A DNA stretch of 63,839 nucleotides, the filler included, from Hyphochytrium catenoides (lineage: Eukaryota; Protista; Hyphochytriomycota), in assembly GCA_900088475.1 (NCBI GenBank). It is 5 parts of 5 records of this genome, joined end to end, with 100 filler letters (N's around TTAATTAATTAA, not from the genome) between each part and the next. Parts side by side here need not be neighbours in the genome. Positions count along the whole stretch, not along the records: positions 1 to 27,328 come from FLMG01004473.1; positions 27,429 to 52,252 come from FLMG01002764.1; 3 more parts are not named here. One strand, 5' to 3'. Made by a program: the position numbers and the translations under genes. Positions 24,737 through 36,300 of the stretch are shown here, piece after piece (position 1 is the stretch's first letter; every line of letters begins with the position of its first letter). The notes beneath the pieces are model-generated. The model was not told where the DNA came from. It searched no databases and worked only from the letters and a program-made list of their open reading frames with translations.

Positions 24737-27328
24737 TTGACTTCACTTTAGTGTCCCTCGTCACTAAGCGAACTGATGATCTGATGAATGGCACCGAGGC
24801 ACGTGCCGCTGTGGTCCCTCTATTCTTGGTGAGCACCTATCAGATGAGACCTAATCGCGAGCTGCAGATTGTTCGGTACTCAGGCGCTGATGATCTCATC
24901 AGAGACGAACGGTGCCAAGTCATGAGGCGAGTGGAGAGTGGAGTCTATGAGGCTATGCTGCTCGAGAACAAGATCATCGGTCGGATGGAGCTCTTTGTAT
25001 CTGATCTTGAGGTCACGGGAGTGATTATTACGAGTACAGCCTTCTGGGGGAGGTCTGAGACTAAGTAAATGTTGTTGTAAAACGGTACTCCACGGTTGTG
25101 AGCTCTTATAAATATAAGCAGTAGGAAGTAACTAATAGATAAAATATTTCACCTGTTGTCCTCCTGCACGATCGACGACGCCGAAGTTTCTTCCGCTCGG
25201 CAGTGCCAGAAGATGAGTCCAGGCCAGTAGAGTCAAGGGAGGATGCACTGCAGAGAGAAGTAGGGGAGCATGAGAAAAGATACATTGCATCGTCATAGAG
25301 GAGGATTGACGAAATAAGAGACGAAGGAGGGCTACCAGTGGTAGTAGTAAGAAGAAGAGGACGAAAAAACGGAGGAGGAGGAAGAAAGGGATTCTTCTCT
25401 GGTGTCTCATAATGCCTCTTTGAAGAGAAATCTGCTCCTTTATTGGTTGATTTAACACCAGGTACTTTTTGGGCATCACGAGGAGGAGAAGCCTCGATGT
25501 TGTTAACATAGAGAAGTAGGTGGAGTGGGAAAGGAGGATCCCGGAGGATCGAAGCAGCAGCAGTAGCGGAAGAAGAGGGATGGTTACTATCAGCTCTAGA
25601 AAGCAGACGCCAACAATTTCCTACGAAGCAGTGGAACAGAGTACCGATATCCAAGCTAGACAATAAGCACGTATGAGGCCGCTCCATCTGTAATAATAAG
25701 GGTCACCAGTTTGTCTGCCTATACAGAGCCAAGAAGAAGAGTGAATGGGTGAAACCATCACAATGATAATCTACCAGTAAAGAAGGAAAGGAGAGCTTGC
25801 CACTTGTTGGTTTGTACAGCATTTGCTTTAGTCGCTGCTGCCACATCATTATTGTCCCTATTAATAATCCTACTGCACCGACGCGTTTCCCTGGTCGTCG
25901 TCGGACCCCTTTTCCTGATGAGTGAGCTCAGTACTACTTGTGCACCTCCACCATGGCAGTGATTAATAATAGGGTTATGTTAGGGCCGTCTGAACAAAGA
26001 AAAGTAGTTGAGGAGGAAACAGACGAAAAGGAACAACAGTGAGGTCAGTTCATACTACCAATGACCCGACCACCGCGCGGTGGCAATAGTAGTAGTGTCA
26101 ACAAGGGACACATAAACACTCTTTTCTGTAGCGGAAGAGCTATAAAAAGCAGCACGAGTAACCCTAGATAAGAAGTACTTCATTTTGTGTGGTGGTGGTA
26201 GTCCCTGTAAGGCTGCTACGGAAATAGGAGCATCTGAGAAGTCCAAGAATGGCCTGTAAATTATGATTGATGAAGAAGTAATTCCCTCCTCATTTTTCAA
26301 GCTACACTTATTATTAGTTTCCTCCATCCAGCTAATAGCGGCGAATGATAATGCAAGAATGGCTAAGGCTTGGCGAAGTGTACAGGCAAAAATGCGGCTC
26401 CATTTCTCCCATAATCAGGAGACAAGTCCTGCAGCAACAGCTCCTGGAAGCTAGCCCAGAACCGTATGCTCGATGTGCGCACGCTGGGTGGTAAGGGTGG
26501 TAAAACACCACTATCTCAGCATTGAACGTTGCAGGAGGAGGAGGACAGAGACCCGTTGTGTACGTGGTGGCGGCAGAGAGAGAAGAGAGAGGTATTGTGG
26601 GCCTACTCTGCCCACATCTTCTGTCAAAGATAACCCCAAGCCATCTAATCGAAGTGCCGTGAAACCGCCCCACAAATGTGTTACAAGCAAACATAAGGGA
26701 CGGAAACCCTTGAGCTGCGGACTCCTCAGCATAGAGGGCGACTTTCCTCCCATCATGCTTCTGTGACGACGGTCCCTGTCTGAGCCACTGCATGAAGTAG
26801 AAATTTAGGTTGCAGACTCACTATGTTGGACCAACAGATAGAAGAGGAGAGACCATGTTGTGCTGATGATGGTGGTGCAGCAGCGCAGGAGGCTGAAGCA
26901 AAACCAAAAGTATGAAGCGTGCTGCCACTTTCTTTTGCCACTTTGGAACCTTCTTGTGCTCTTGGTCTCTGCTCTGCTCTGCACCACCCTCTATCCTCCC
27001 TTGTGGAACTGGTACGTCCAAGACCAACTCAAACAAAGAAAGGTTCCTCTACAAGATATCCTAGTAAGTGTAGGACAGGTACAAGTAGAAAGGGAGCGAG
27101 ACTGTTCATCTCCAGTCCAGCAGTGAACCTGTGTGATATGTAGAAAGGGGTAAGACAGTTCATTGTGTTTGTTGTATGGCACTTCTAGCTGTTCCTGCAG
27201 CCACATAGAAAGGGAGAAGGAGCGAAGAGAAAGATCCTAAACAGGACGGGGCTTTTATCCTTGAGGATCACCGTCGTACATGTACAGGCTGTTTGTGCCC
27301 ATTTTACGGTGTCCCACCTGGTAGAACT

Positions 27329-27428
27329 NNNNNNNNNNNNNNNNNNNNNNNNNNNNNNNNNNNNNNNNNNNNTTAATTAATTAANNNNNNNNNNNNNNNN
27401 NNNNNNNNNNNNNNNNNNNNNNNNNNNN
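27329..27428. other. Artificial contig-joining linker (44N-TTAATTAATTAA-44N)
   Basis: Exactly 100 bp with a six-frame-stop 12-mer; the same cassette occurs four times in the window. Confidence 0.97.
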
Positions 27429-27859
27429 AGAGAGAGAGAGAGAGACCGGAGAGAGGGACTTTTTGGCAAAGAGGAAGCGGGCGAAAGGAGAGTGTGGGAG
27501 ATAAAGAGAAAGATCTGATTGATCCAGGGAGTCCTGCCTAGGAGAGGAACAAGGAGAGAGCCCGGAACGAGAGAGAGACCTAAGGACTGTAGACTTAGAG
27601 AACCATGGCGAAGAGCCACCGCGGGATCGTTAAGGTCGTGACGGTGCAGGAAGAAAGTGTTAGCGTCAGACGTTTCCGAACCTTCTCTTGCCAGTTGATG
27701 GAGACTCATCCTCGTCCTCGGCTTGCTCTGTCAATCAGGTCCAACCTCTCACCGTATGAGAGAAGAGCGTCGTGATCTCTGTGCTTTCTCTTCTCAATGT
27801 CGGTCGAGATTACACGCCTGCCAGAATAGCCGAGAAGCAACTCGGTCAATTTCTGTCTC

Positions 27860-27918
27860 TCATTCCCTCTCTCTTTCTCTATCCTGTTGCTCTTTCTGCT
27901 CTTGCTCTCTCTCTCTTG

Positions 27919-27953
<35 letters not shown>

Positions 27954-28327
27954 CCTCTCTCTCCTGTTGCTCTTTCTGCTCTTGCTCTTTCTGCTCTTGC
28001 TCTCTCTCCTCTTGCTCTTGCTCTCGCTCTCTCTCCTCTCTCCCTCTCTCTCTCGCGGGCATGTGCGAGCTTCGTTCTTTCAGAAGAGGATTCGCATCCT
28101 TTAAAGCCGGTAACGCTAGGATAACACTGTTACCCATATTTCCGTCCCTTTCAGTTCACTCGCAACCTTCCCTTTTAATCTCATCGAACTTGACATGGAC
28201 TAACCTAGGCGGGTATCATGGTTATCGTAGTGGGGTGATGGGTGATGGGTGATGGGGTGACAGGAAGTGGGGGAAGATGAGATGATGATGGGCCCAAAGG
28301 AGAGAGAGAGACAGAGAGAGACAGAGA

Positions 28328-28385
<58 letters not shown>

Positions 28386-28520
28386 AAGAGAGAGGGAGAC
28401 AAAGAGAGAGGGAGAGAAAGAGTTAGAGACAGAGACAGACGAAGAGAAGCAGAGAGACAGAGAGTGGAGGACTTCCAGAAAGAGAGAGGGAATAGAGAAA
28501 GAAAGGAACAGACAAGCACG
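27860..28520. repeat. (CT)n-rich tract followed by (GA)n-rich tract
   Basis: Pyrimidine dinucleotide runs at ~27860-28055 and purine runs at ~28300-28520. Confidence 0.85.
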
Positions 28521-29457
28521 AGAGACGAGAGTGGAGCTTCCTAGAAACCCCCGCCAGTCCAGCAGCCCAGCATCTCAAGTGTCTCCCTCTTTACTGTCCC
28601 GACAGAGACCCAAGTGCGCCGCGCTAGCACATCGCAATTTCCACTGCGCGCTCTCTCTCCCATCTCCAAGAATACAGCGGAGTGTTGCCCTGTCCAAAGA
28701 CTCAGCTGGAATCAGACTGCCCACTGCCCCAGCTCTTTATAAGGAGAGACAACAGATCTGCCAAGCGCTTCATCCACTTCGTTCCTTTCTTTTGACCGAG
28801 ACATGAGTCTCCGGGCAGCCCAGCCTCCGCCTCAGGCGGACACTTTCTCTACCATCAGCTTGCGAGCGGCGCTAGAGGCACCTTCTCCCTTCCGTGTGGA
28901 GTCATGTGACATTCTCTCTCTCTCTTCAGTGATAGACAGAGCGCTGTCAAGGCCCATACCGTCCCAGACGCAGCCAGAGAGAGGGGCGACCAGCCAATTG
29001 CAACAGCAGTTACCTCTGCATAGATAGGAACTGGCAGGCAGCGCGCTTTGGGGCAAGAGGATCAGACGGAGAGAGACACAGAGAGAGAGACGAGTCCGTC
29101 AATGTCTCGTGTTTGCAACGGAGCTGAATGTCTCAAGTGCCGTTCCTTGTCTGTGCACGAATTAGGAGAGCTCTTCCCTTCTCTCTCTCTCTCCACGCAG
29201 AAGGTGTTCTGATGTATCTTCTATCTTATGACACTATTTTATAAAAAGGTTTCCTCTCTCTTCTCTCTCTCTCTCGTCTCTCTCCTTTGTGTTACTTTTT
29301 CTTTCTCTTAAAGGATTCCCCCGCAGTTACTATTCCCATCTCTATCATCCTTAGGCAGTTGTACATAGCTTACCTGAGTTAACGCATCATTTTATTGAGG
29401 CATTTGATGGACCTCGACTCACAGTCCCTCTCTCTCTCCTCTCTCTCTACCTCTCTT

Positions 29458-29525
<68 letters not shown>

Positions 29526-29726
29526 TCCCTACTTTCAGTGCGTGTCTCTCTCCTGTCTCATTGATACGCCCTTCTGCTCCGCTCCAACAGAAAGACGCGT
29601 GTACTGTCCTTTCTTATCTTTCTCTCCTTTCGTCCCATCAACCCTTTCTTCCCCTGTCTCCTCCTCATTAGTCTCCACGGGCCCTCCTCTTACTCAAAAG
29701 AAGCCTCCGTCTTCTCTGCACAATCT

Positions 29727-30025
29727 TTAGAGCTCCTGTTTCTCTGGGGCAGAGGCTCCTCCCTGTCCTTGAAGCTTGGAGTACCAGGCAAAGTGCTTGT
29801 TCCTCTCTAGGCCGGAGATCCGTCCCATTTCCTCAGGAGAGAGTTCAAAAGCTGTCAGAGCCTGCGACAAAGGAGACGAGAGAAATGCAGATGAAACGGA
29901 GATCGACGGAAAAAGAGAGAGAGAGAAAGAGAGAGAGAGTGGTTAAAGGTTAAGGAACGCCCTACTAGAGGGATGAGTGGTCCTATGCGTTGTTAATTTG
30001 GCCCTCAGAAGCTCTGCCCCTCTTC

Positions 30026-30059
<34 letters not shown>

Positions 30060-31148
30060 ACGCTGGTATTCTCTTAACGCCATCTTTTCACTGTCTGTCC
30101 TCGTGCAGACGCCCTATAGGCTCCCATACCTCTCGATGCTGATCTAGCTTAACAGGCTCAAGCGACCGAGGAAGAGGGACGACGTCCTTTTGAAGAATCC
30201 ATCTCAAGAGGACGACAGAGGAAGAGAGAGACCGGCTTGCGGCAATCTCCTTTATCTTGGGATCGTTCTGCAGCTCGGCGAAAGACAGCGGAGCGACCGT
30301 CTGTATGACGATTCCTCTCTCTTTCATCTGTCTAATCTCCTCTTGCTGCTGCAGATAGGGATGGAACTCCAGTTGATTGATGACTGGGCTCATCTTGGCG
30401 AAAGACGACAGCTCAGATAGGAGGGAGAGAGAGAATCCCGAAACACCTAGCGCTCGGCAACGCCCTGTCCGTAGAGAGAGGAGAGTTCAGACTCTAGCAG
30501 AAGGAGAGGAAAGGAATTGAGACAAAGAATGCACTTTCAAAGAGGACGAAACAGAGAAAAAAAACAAAGAGAGAGAGAGAGAGAGAGGAGTGAGAGGAAA
30601 ATGGACGATCACACACAACCATGATCTGTATATCAAATAGCTAAGAGACAAAGGCCACGCAATGTGGAGCCCGTGTAAAAGTAGATAAAGAGAATGCGAA
30701 TGGAGCCGCCGAACCTTCCCGGACCAGCTCCTCAAGCGCAAGCCAAGCGCTCTTCCGCCTCTGAAAGTGCTCAGCCAATTCTTTCTCTTTCTCGTCTCCC
30801 TGGAGATCATCCTATAGGGTCAAAGACACCTGAGTTCCACATTCACGGCATCGGACTACCCCAGGCCAGACAGCAAAGGAGAAAACGAGAGAAAGCAGAG
30901 AGGTAACGAGAGAAGGACTCAGAGAGAGAACACAGGGGAGAGGAAGAGTGACGGAGAGAGAGAGAGAGAGAGAAAGAGATGTGGGAGAAAGGGAGAGACT
31001 GAGGGAGAGGGAGAGAGAGAGAGAGAGAAGAAGTAGGTAACAGCTTACCACTTTCCTTTCATCTGAAGGGGTGATGGGTCCATTGAGTGCGCAGACATCA
31101 ATGTAGCTCGTCTTCAAGCTGTCCAGCGCCTGAAGAAAGTACNNNNNN

Positions 31149-31194
<46 letters not shown>

Positions 31195-32281
31195 CGTGGA
31201 GAGGGAAAGAGAGAGAGACACACACACACCACAGAGATGGATAGACATACGGATAAGAGAGAGAGAGAGAGAAGAAAGAGAGAAAGAGAAAGAGAGCAAG
31301 GGAGAGAGAGAGCGCGTGAAGGCATGAGAATAGGCAATCGATGGGTATAAAGAAACTTGAAAGACACAGCAAAAAGAGGGAGAACAGAGAATCCTTGAGC
31401 CATATGAATGACCAGAGGAGGAGAGAGACATCCTCTTCCCGCTTCGCTTCAACATATGGTCGAGTTGGCTCGCTTACCTCCTCTCTGGGCGTCTTGGCCT
31501 CTTCAAGAACTTCTCCTAATAGTTTCTCCTGCTCGGAGCTGTCTACAATGTCGATCATCCGATAGTTGGCCTCATCTAATGCGTAGAGCACTTGGCGCTT
31601 GAAGTCTTGCGCCTGGAGAGGGGAGAGAGAGAGGCCCATACGAGGCATTGTNNNNNNNNNNNNNNNNNNNNNNNNNNNNNNNNNNNAGAGAGAGAGAGAG
31701 AGAGGAGAGAGAGACAGAGAGGAAAGAAACCGTGAGAGACAAATTGATCACCGATGGAGGCGCAAAATGAAGCCAAAAGGCAGGGATAGACCGAACCAGG
31801 AAGCACAAAGAAGACGAAGAGGGAATGGAACGCGAGAACACCTGAGGTTGAGGAGGCATTAAGCGCTTCATAGAAGGGGAGACAGGAGAACAGAGAGAAG
31901 AGGAGAGAGAGAGACAGACAGAGAGAGTGGGCTGGGAGAGAGACACCGGGAGAGGTCACATGGAGAAATTAGAGGAACGAGGGAAAGAGAGAGATACGAG
32001 GGAGAGAGAGATACGAGAGAAAGAGGTCACGTAGGCACAGATCACAGAGAGGGAATCTGGCGTGAGAATCAGCTAACAAGGCTCCAAGAATTATCTCTGG
32101 GGCTGGTATAGCGGGGAGAGGGTTAAAGAGAGAGAGAGAGAGAGAGAGAAGACCGAGCAGGGTGAGATGTTATCTTCTCACCATTATGAAGAGGCACTCT
32201 GGGCTTGAGGGCAGGGGAAGCGGCGCCATCCTGCGGCAGTAACATTAGCGCTAACGCTGCCCACGAGAGTAGCGTACGCAT
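29727..32281 (-). CDS. Aldo-keto reductase-fold protein with N-terminal signal peptide and C-terminal KQEL
   Basis: Exons: MRTLLSWAALALMLLPQDGAASPALKPRVPLHN, MPRMGLSL...NYRMIDIV, LDSLKTSYIDVCALNGP, AWLALEELVREG/RCRALGVSGF, PVINQLEFHPYLQQ, VLLRWILQKDVVPLPRS, FELSPEEMGRISGLERN...EKQEL*. At least one exon probably lies in an N gap. Confidence 0.88.
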
Positions 32282-32556
32282 CTTTTCTCCTTTGTCTCTC
32301 TCTGCCACTCCTCTTCTCTCCAAACAAGGCGCTGTCTACTGCTGCTGCTGCTGAGGATGGAGTCGCCAAGGGGCAGACGATACAGTCGCGGAGCTTCCCT
32401 TTCCCAAGAGGATATCCTACAATAAGACTTATTACGCTGGGCTGGCAGCACCTCCAGGCTCAACAGATTCGTGTTCTGCCTCATCAGCCGCCGTGCTGTA
32501 GGTGACGAGGGAGCAACCACCCGGCCTACTCTCTCTTTCTCTCTCTCTTTCTCTTT

Positions 32557-32589
<33 letters not shown>

Positions 32590-33345
32590 TCTCTCTCTTC
32601 ACTCTGTGTGTCTATCAGTATCTCTCTGTCTCTCTCTCCCCGTTGCTTTGCAAAAGATTCAGGAAGAGCACGAAAGGTCATTTAGGATCCAAGGCCGAGG
32701 TATCTCTAATCTGAACGTCTAAATTACCAGATCTGACCTTTTAGACTCTAGAAATTCTGTATCCTCTCTCTGTATCATCCCACCATCGCCCCACTACTTT
32801 GCCCTCTCTTCCCCGTCAAGACGCTATGTCTTCTCTCTTCTCACAGGTCCTCTGACAAGAGCAAGAAGCCAGCGAGGAGCAGCCCCTTGATGGCTGAAGG
32901 CAGGGAGGGATACGCACGGGAAGAGAGCCGATGCAGGAGAGGACGGCCCGAGAGCCGGGTGTGCCTGACACCACCATGGACTCTCTGCCTTTGCGACTTG
33001 GCTTCATCTTGCACTCCCCTGCCAAGTCGCATCTCTTTCATCTTGCTCTTCCCTGCCAGTCCCTGCCACGCCGCATCTCTTTCTAAGCGCTATGGTTCGT
33101 GCGTTCATAAGGATCAGGGAGCGTTAATCTTCCGCCGCCACTGGCACTTCTATAGGACCTTTCTCTTTAATAGATCAGACTGACAATAGACTATCGCCTT
33201 CAGTCTCAACTTTATCTCTTGCCCCAAATGCTGGTAGCTCTTGTTTGCTCATTGACCGTGGAACTTCTGCACTCGTAGTCTGTTCCTTAGCTCTGTTCAG
33301 AGCTCTTAGAAATGTGTGGAGCACCCATCAATGGCGCAAGACGTA

Positions 33346-36300
33346 TCAAGGAGAATGGGGAGAAAGGCGCTTGGCCAAGCGCTCTGCTCTTGCCTCGATA
33401 TGTTTCCGTCTTGACTTCAGCTCGGAGTCCACGACGCTTACCGCCGTCCGTCTAAGGTTATGCTGATAGAGAGAAAGTCTTAGCTTCGATGACTAGATAT
33501 AAAGGTCATTATAGGGAGAACAGCAGTAATGACTGCCACAGACCGAAAGAGAGAGAGGGAGAGAGAGAGACAGGAAAGGGGACTGAGGGGCTGTGGACAG
33601 GCAAAGGAGAATACAGTGTCTCTCATGAGAAGAAAGGGAAAGTAGAAAGGCGTACCTCAATCTTCCTCTCGAGTATCTCGGATCTTGGCAGGCGGCCCTC
33701 CAACAACTGTAGCTCCTCCTCAGTCTCCAGCAGTGAAGACAAGGTCTGCCGCAGCTCTGCCTCCTCCTTCACCAGTTGCATCACTTCCTGAGGAGCCGGT
33801 CAATGTGTTAGACAGCCCCAAGGGCAACCCAAGATGGACATAGTAGGAAGGAAGAGGGCAGGCGCATAGGAACAAGCACACGCGCCAGGGCAAGAAGCAT
33901 GGCGCGAAGATGTCCATAGGAGAGACGGAACTGTCGATCTCACCTGATTATGGAAGTGGAGGTCGCTCACCAGACAGAGTCTCTCTCTAACTCTGTCATT
34001 CTCCTAGACATTCGCAACGCCATCGGCAACCAGAATGAGATTATATAAGCAGTAATCAGAGTTCGAGCTCTACATCTAACAATGAAGGGGCAAGGAGAAG
34101 AGGGAGACGAAGACCCCACATGAAAGAGAATGAAAGAGGAGAAGAGACAGAGCAGGACAGAGAGATGGAAGCTGCTTATGCTGACATTTAGAGTAAGCGA
34201 CAGGCAAGACACTTCCAGGGAGGCAGGTCTTACCCAGAGCAGCTGGAAAGCTTTGACAGTAAGAGGGCGAGCAGTGATCGGGAATGATGAGGAGAGAGTC
34301 TCTCCTACGTCTGCGCTCGTGGCGTCTATTAAGAAGTGATCTGGTCCATTGCTAGCGCGGGCACGAGGAATAGCCTCAAGAAGCCTTTCCCTCAGCATCT
34401 TAGCAATTATCTCTCCTTTTCCTTCGTAGTCATCTGGGGAGAGAAGCTTGCCCCCTCTGAACGTGACCCCTGAGGAAGAATCTGAGAACAGGCCTGACTC
34501 GTTCTTCTTCCGAATTTTCTGCATGATCTCTGACGTTGAAAGCACGCTGATCGTCTCTTCTGCTAGCCCTGAGACAGAAACAAAGAGATCAACTTTCCCT
34601 GCCAAGGCATCCAGGGCCGACATACTGAGCTGCAGGGACCGTAGAGTAGGCGAAGGGGAGCTGAACTCCTCCTGCACATCTAAGGATTGTGCAAGAATTT
34701 TGGCTTCTTCCTGAACCAGGCTCGAGAGAATTGTAGCCAATTTGTCCTTCTCCTGGGCTGCATCACCCACTTCCTCGTGTCCTATGCTGGAGCTAAGAAG
34801 AGCTATTGCTGCTCTTCCCTCAGCGAGCCGGCACCCTGTTGTCTGCATTACCTGCCCGACCGCCTCTGATCTCGGCATCTAAACAACAAAAAGAGACCCA
34901 ATTGCAGCCATAGACCCGTTATCAGGAGAGAGACCAAGAGAGAGGAGAACAATCTTAGTAGCTATCATTGGTGACTCATTCAAAATATCATGCAGATATA
35001 AGGCTAGCCAGGAACAGGTAGATAGATAATCCTGCTTGGCGGAAGAGTGGTGAGCCACGAAAGAGAACGTATAAGAAAAGAGAAGAGAGAGATCATCAGA
35101 GTTTTCTGAGATTGAAGAAGGAAAAAGAGAGCACTGGCTGAGAGGTGGAAAAGACTCTCGCTCTAAACAGAGGAACGCAACAGGACATTCTCTAACCTCT
35201 AACTTCACATGCTTGAGCGCTCGTTCTAGCTGCTGCTGAGTGTAGATGCAAGAGTCCTGAAGCGATAGCATGTGGAATGTAGGACTTGGGAAAAGATCCG
35301 GAGAAGTTGTCGGCAGTTCGTTGTCTCCTTCAAATCTCACTTCCTGGTGAAGTTTGAAGCGTGACGTTTGGCACGAGAGGTGACAAATCAGACCAGATAA
35401 AGTAGAGACTACTCTGAGAGAGGCTGAGGCCGAACATAGACTATCGGAGAATCGATGAGAAGTAATGAATAGTCAACGCGCCATAGATGGTACCGAAAAA
35501 GTACCGGGGAGGGGACGAAAGTGAAGGAGAGATAGAAAACAACCAAAGAAGTCGGCTCAAGACACACCAAAGAGTAATATCTAGACTATGATGAGAACCT
35601 GTCTCCATGGTAGCTGTAGCCTGTGAATATCTTCTGCTAGCAAGTGGTCGTGGCTCTCAAAGATGAGAGAAAGACGATTACTCGATTCTGCGGCCCACTG
35701 AAGCAGAGCACTGGGGCAAAAATCGAACAGACAGTGATGGAGAGCAAAATAGAGAATGAACGAGACGAGATTGCGAGTAGTAAGCAACGGTCGCAGCCTA
35801 ATATTCTCAATCTCAGTTGCCTTCACTCACCGAAGGGCACGTACTTCTTTCTCGCCCTCGTTGGCAGACGCAACTGACAGCGCTCTGTGCAACGAGAAGT
35901 CTTCAAGCCAAAGTACTGGAAGACTAGGTCTTCTACTCGTCTCAACGCCGCCCTCTACTGCACCTCGATCTTCTTCCTCGGTGGCGGAGACCTTAGCAGA
36001 GAATGAAAGAGTCTCAAGGAGCTCCTCCAAGGTATCCAACGCAAGGGAGAGTTCAGCTAAGTCCTCCAACAGCTCCCTGTGGTAACATGTTACACCGCTA
36101 AAGAGAGAGAGTTGCGTATAGAGTCTACATCACAATCGATAGAGATAGGAGAGATATCAGACTGTGCTCCCTGCTTCTATGCTCTCTAAAGGAGTTAGAT
36201 CTAAGAGAGAGGAGGACCAGACATGCCAAAGAGAGGCAAAAGGGCTAGGGCCAAAGAGTTTGACATGTGAAACATTTCCGTACTTACGGTTCCTTGGTGA

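Noticed and set aside
25970-25985. TAGGGTTATGTTAGGG telomere-like motif
   Set aside because: Only two degenerate units; not an array.
24751-27328. Possible hAT or other element remnant (EEEDRDPLCTWW near 26535-26570) and short ORFs
   Set aside because: Only one weak motif, with no follow-on hAT dimerisation pattern or terminal repeats visible.
27373-27384. Recurring palindromic TTAATTAATTAA inside N runs (also 52297, 55971, 60202)
   Set aside because: Fixed 44N-12-44N format is a contig-concatenation linker, not biology.
27706-28806. Long ORFs of SLSL/ERER (also around 43000, 51500-54500, 57900-58500)
   Set aside because: Stop-free translations of GA/CT microsatellites.
32847-32900. In-frame TGA as possible selenocysteine in the small + strand ORF
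   Set aside because: No redox motif context and no SECIS element that I can support.
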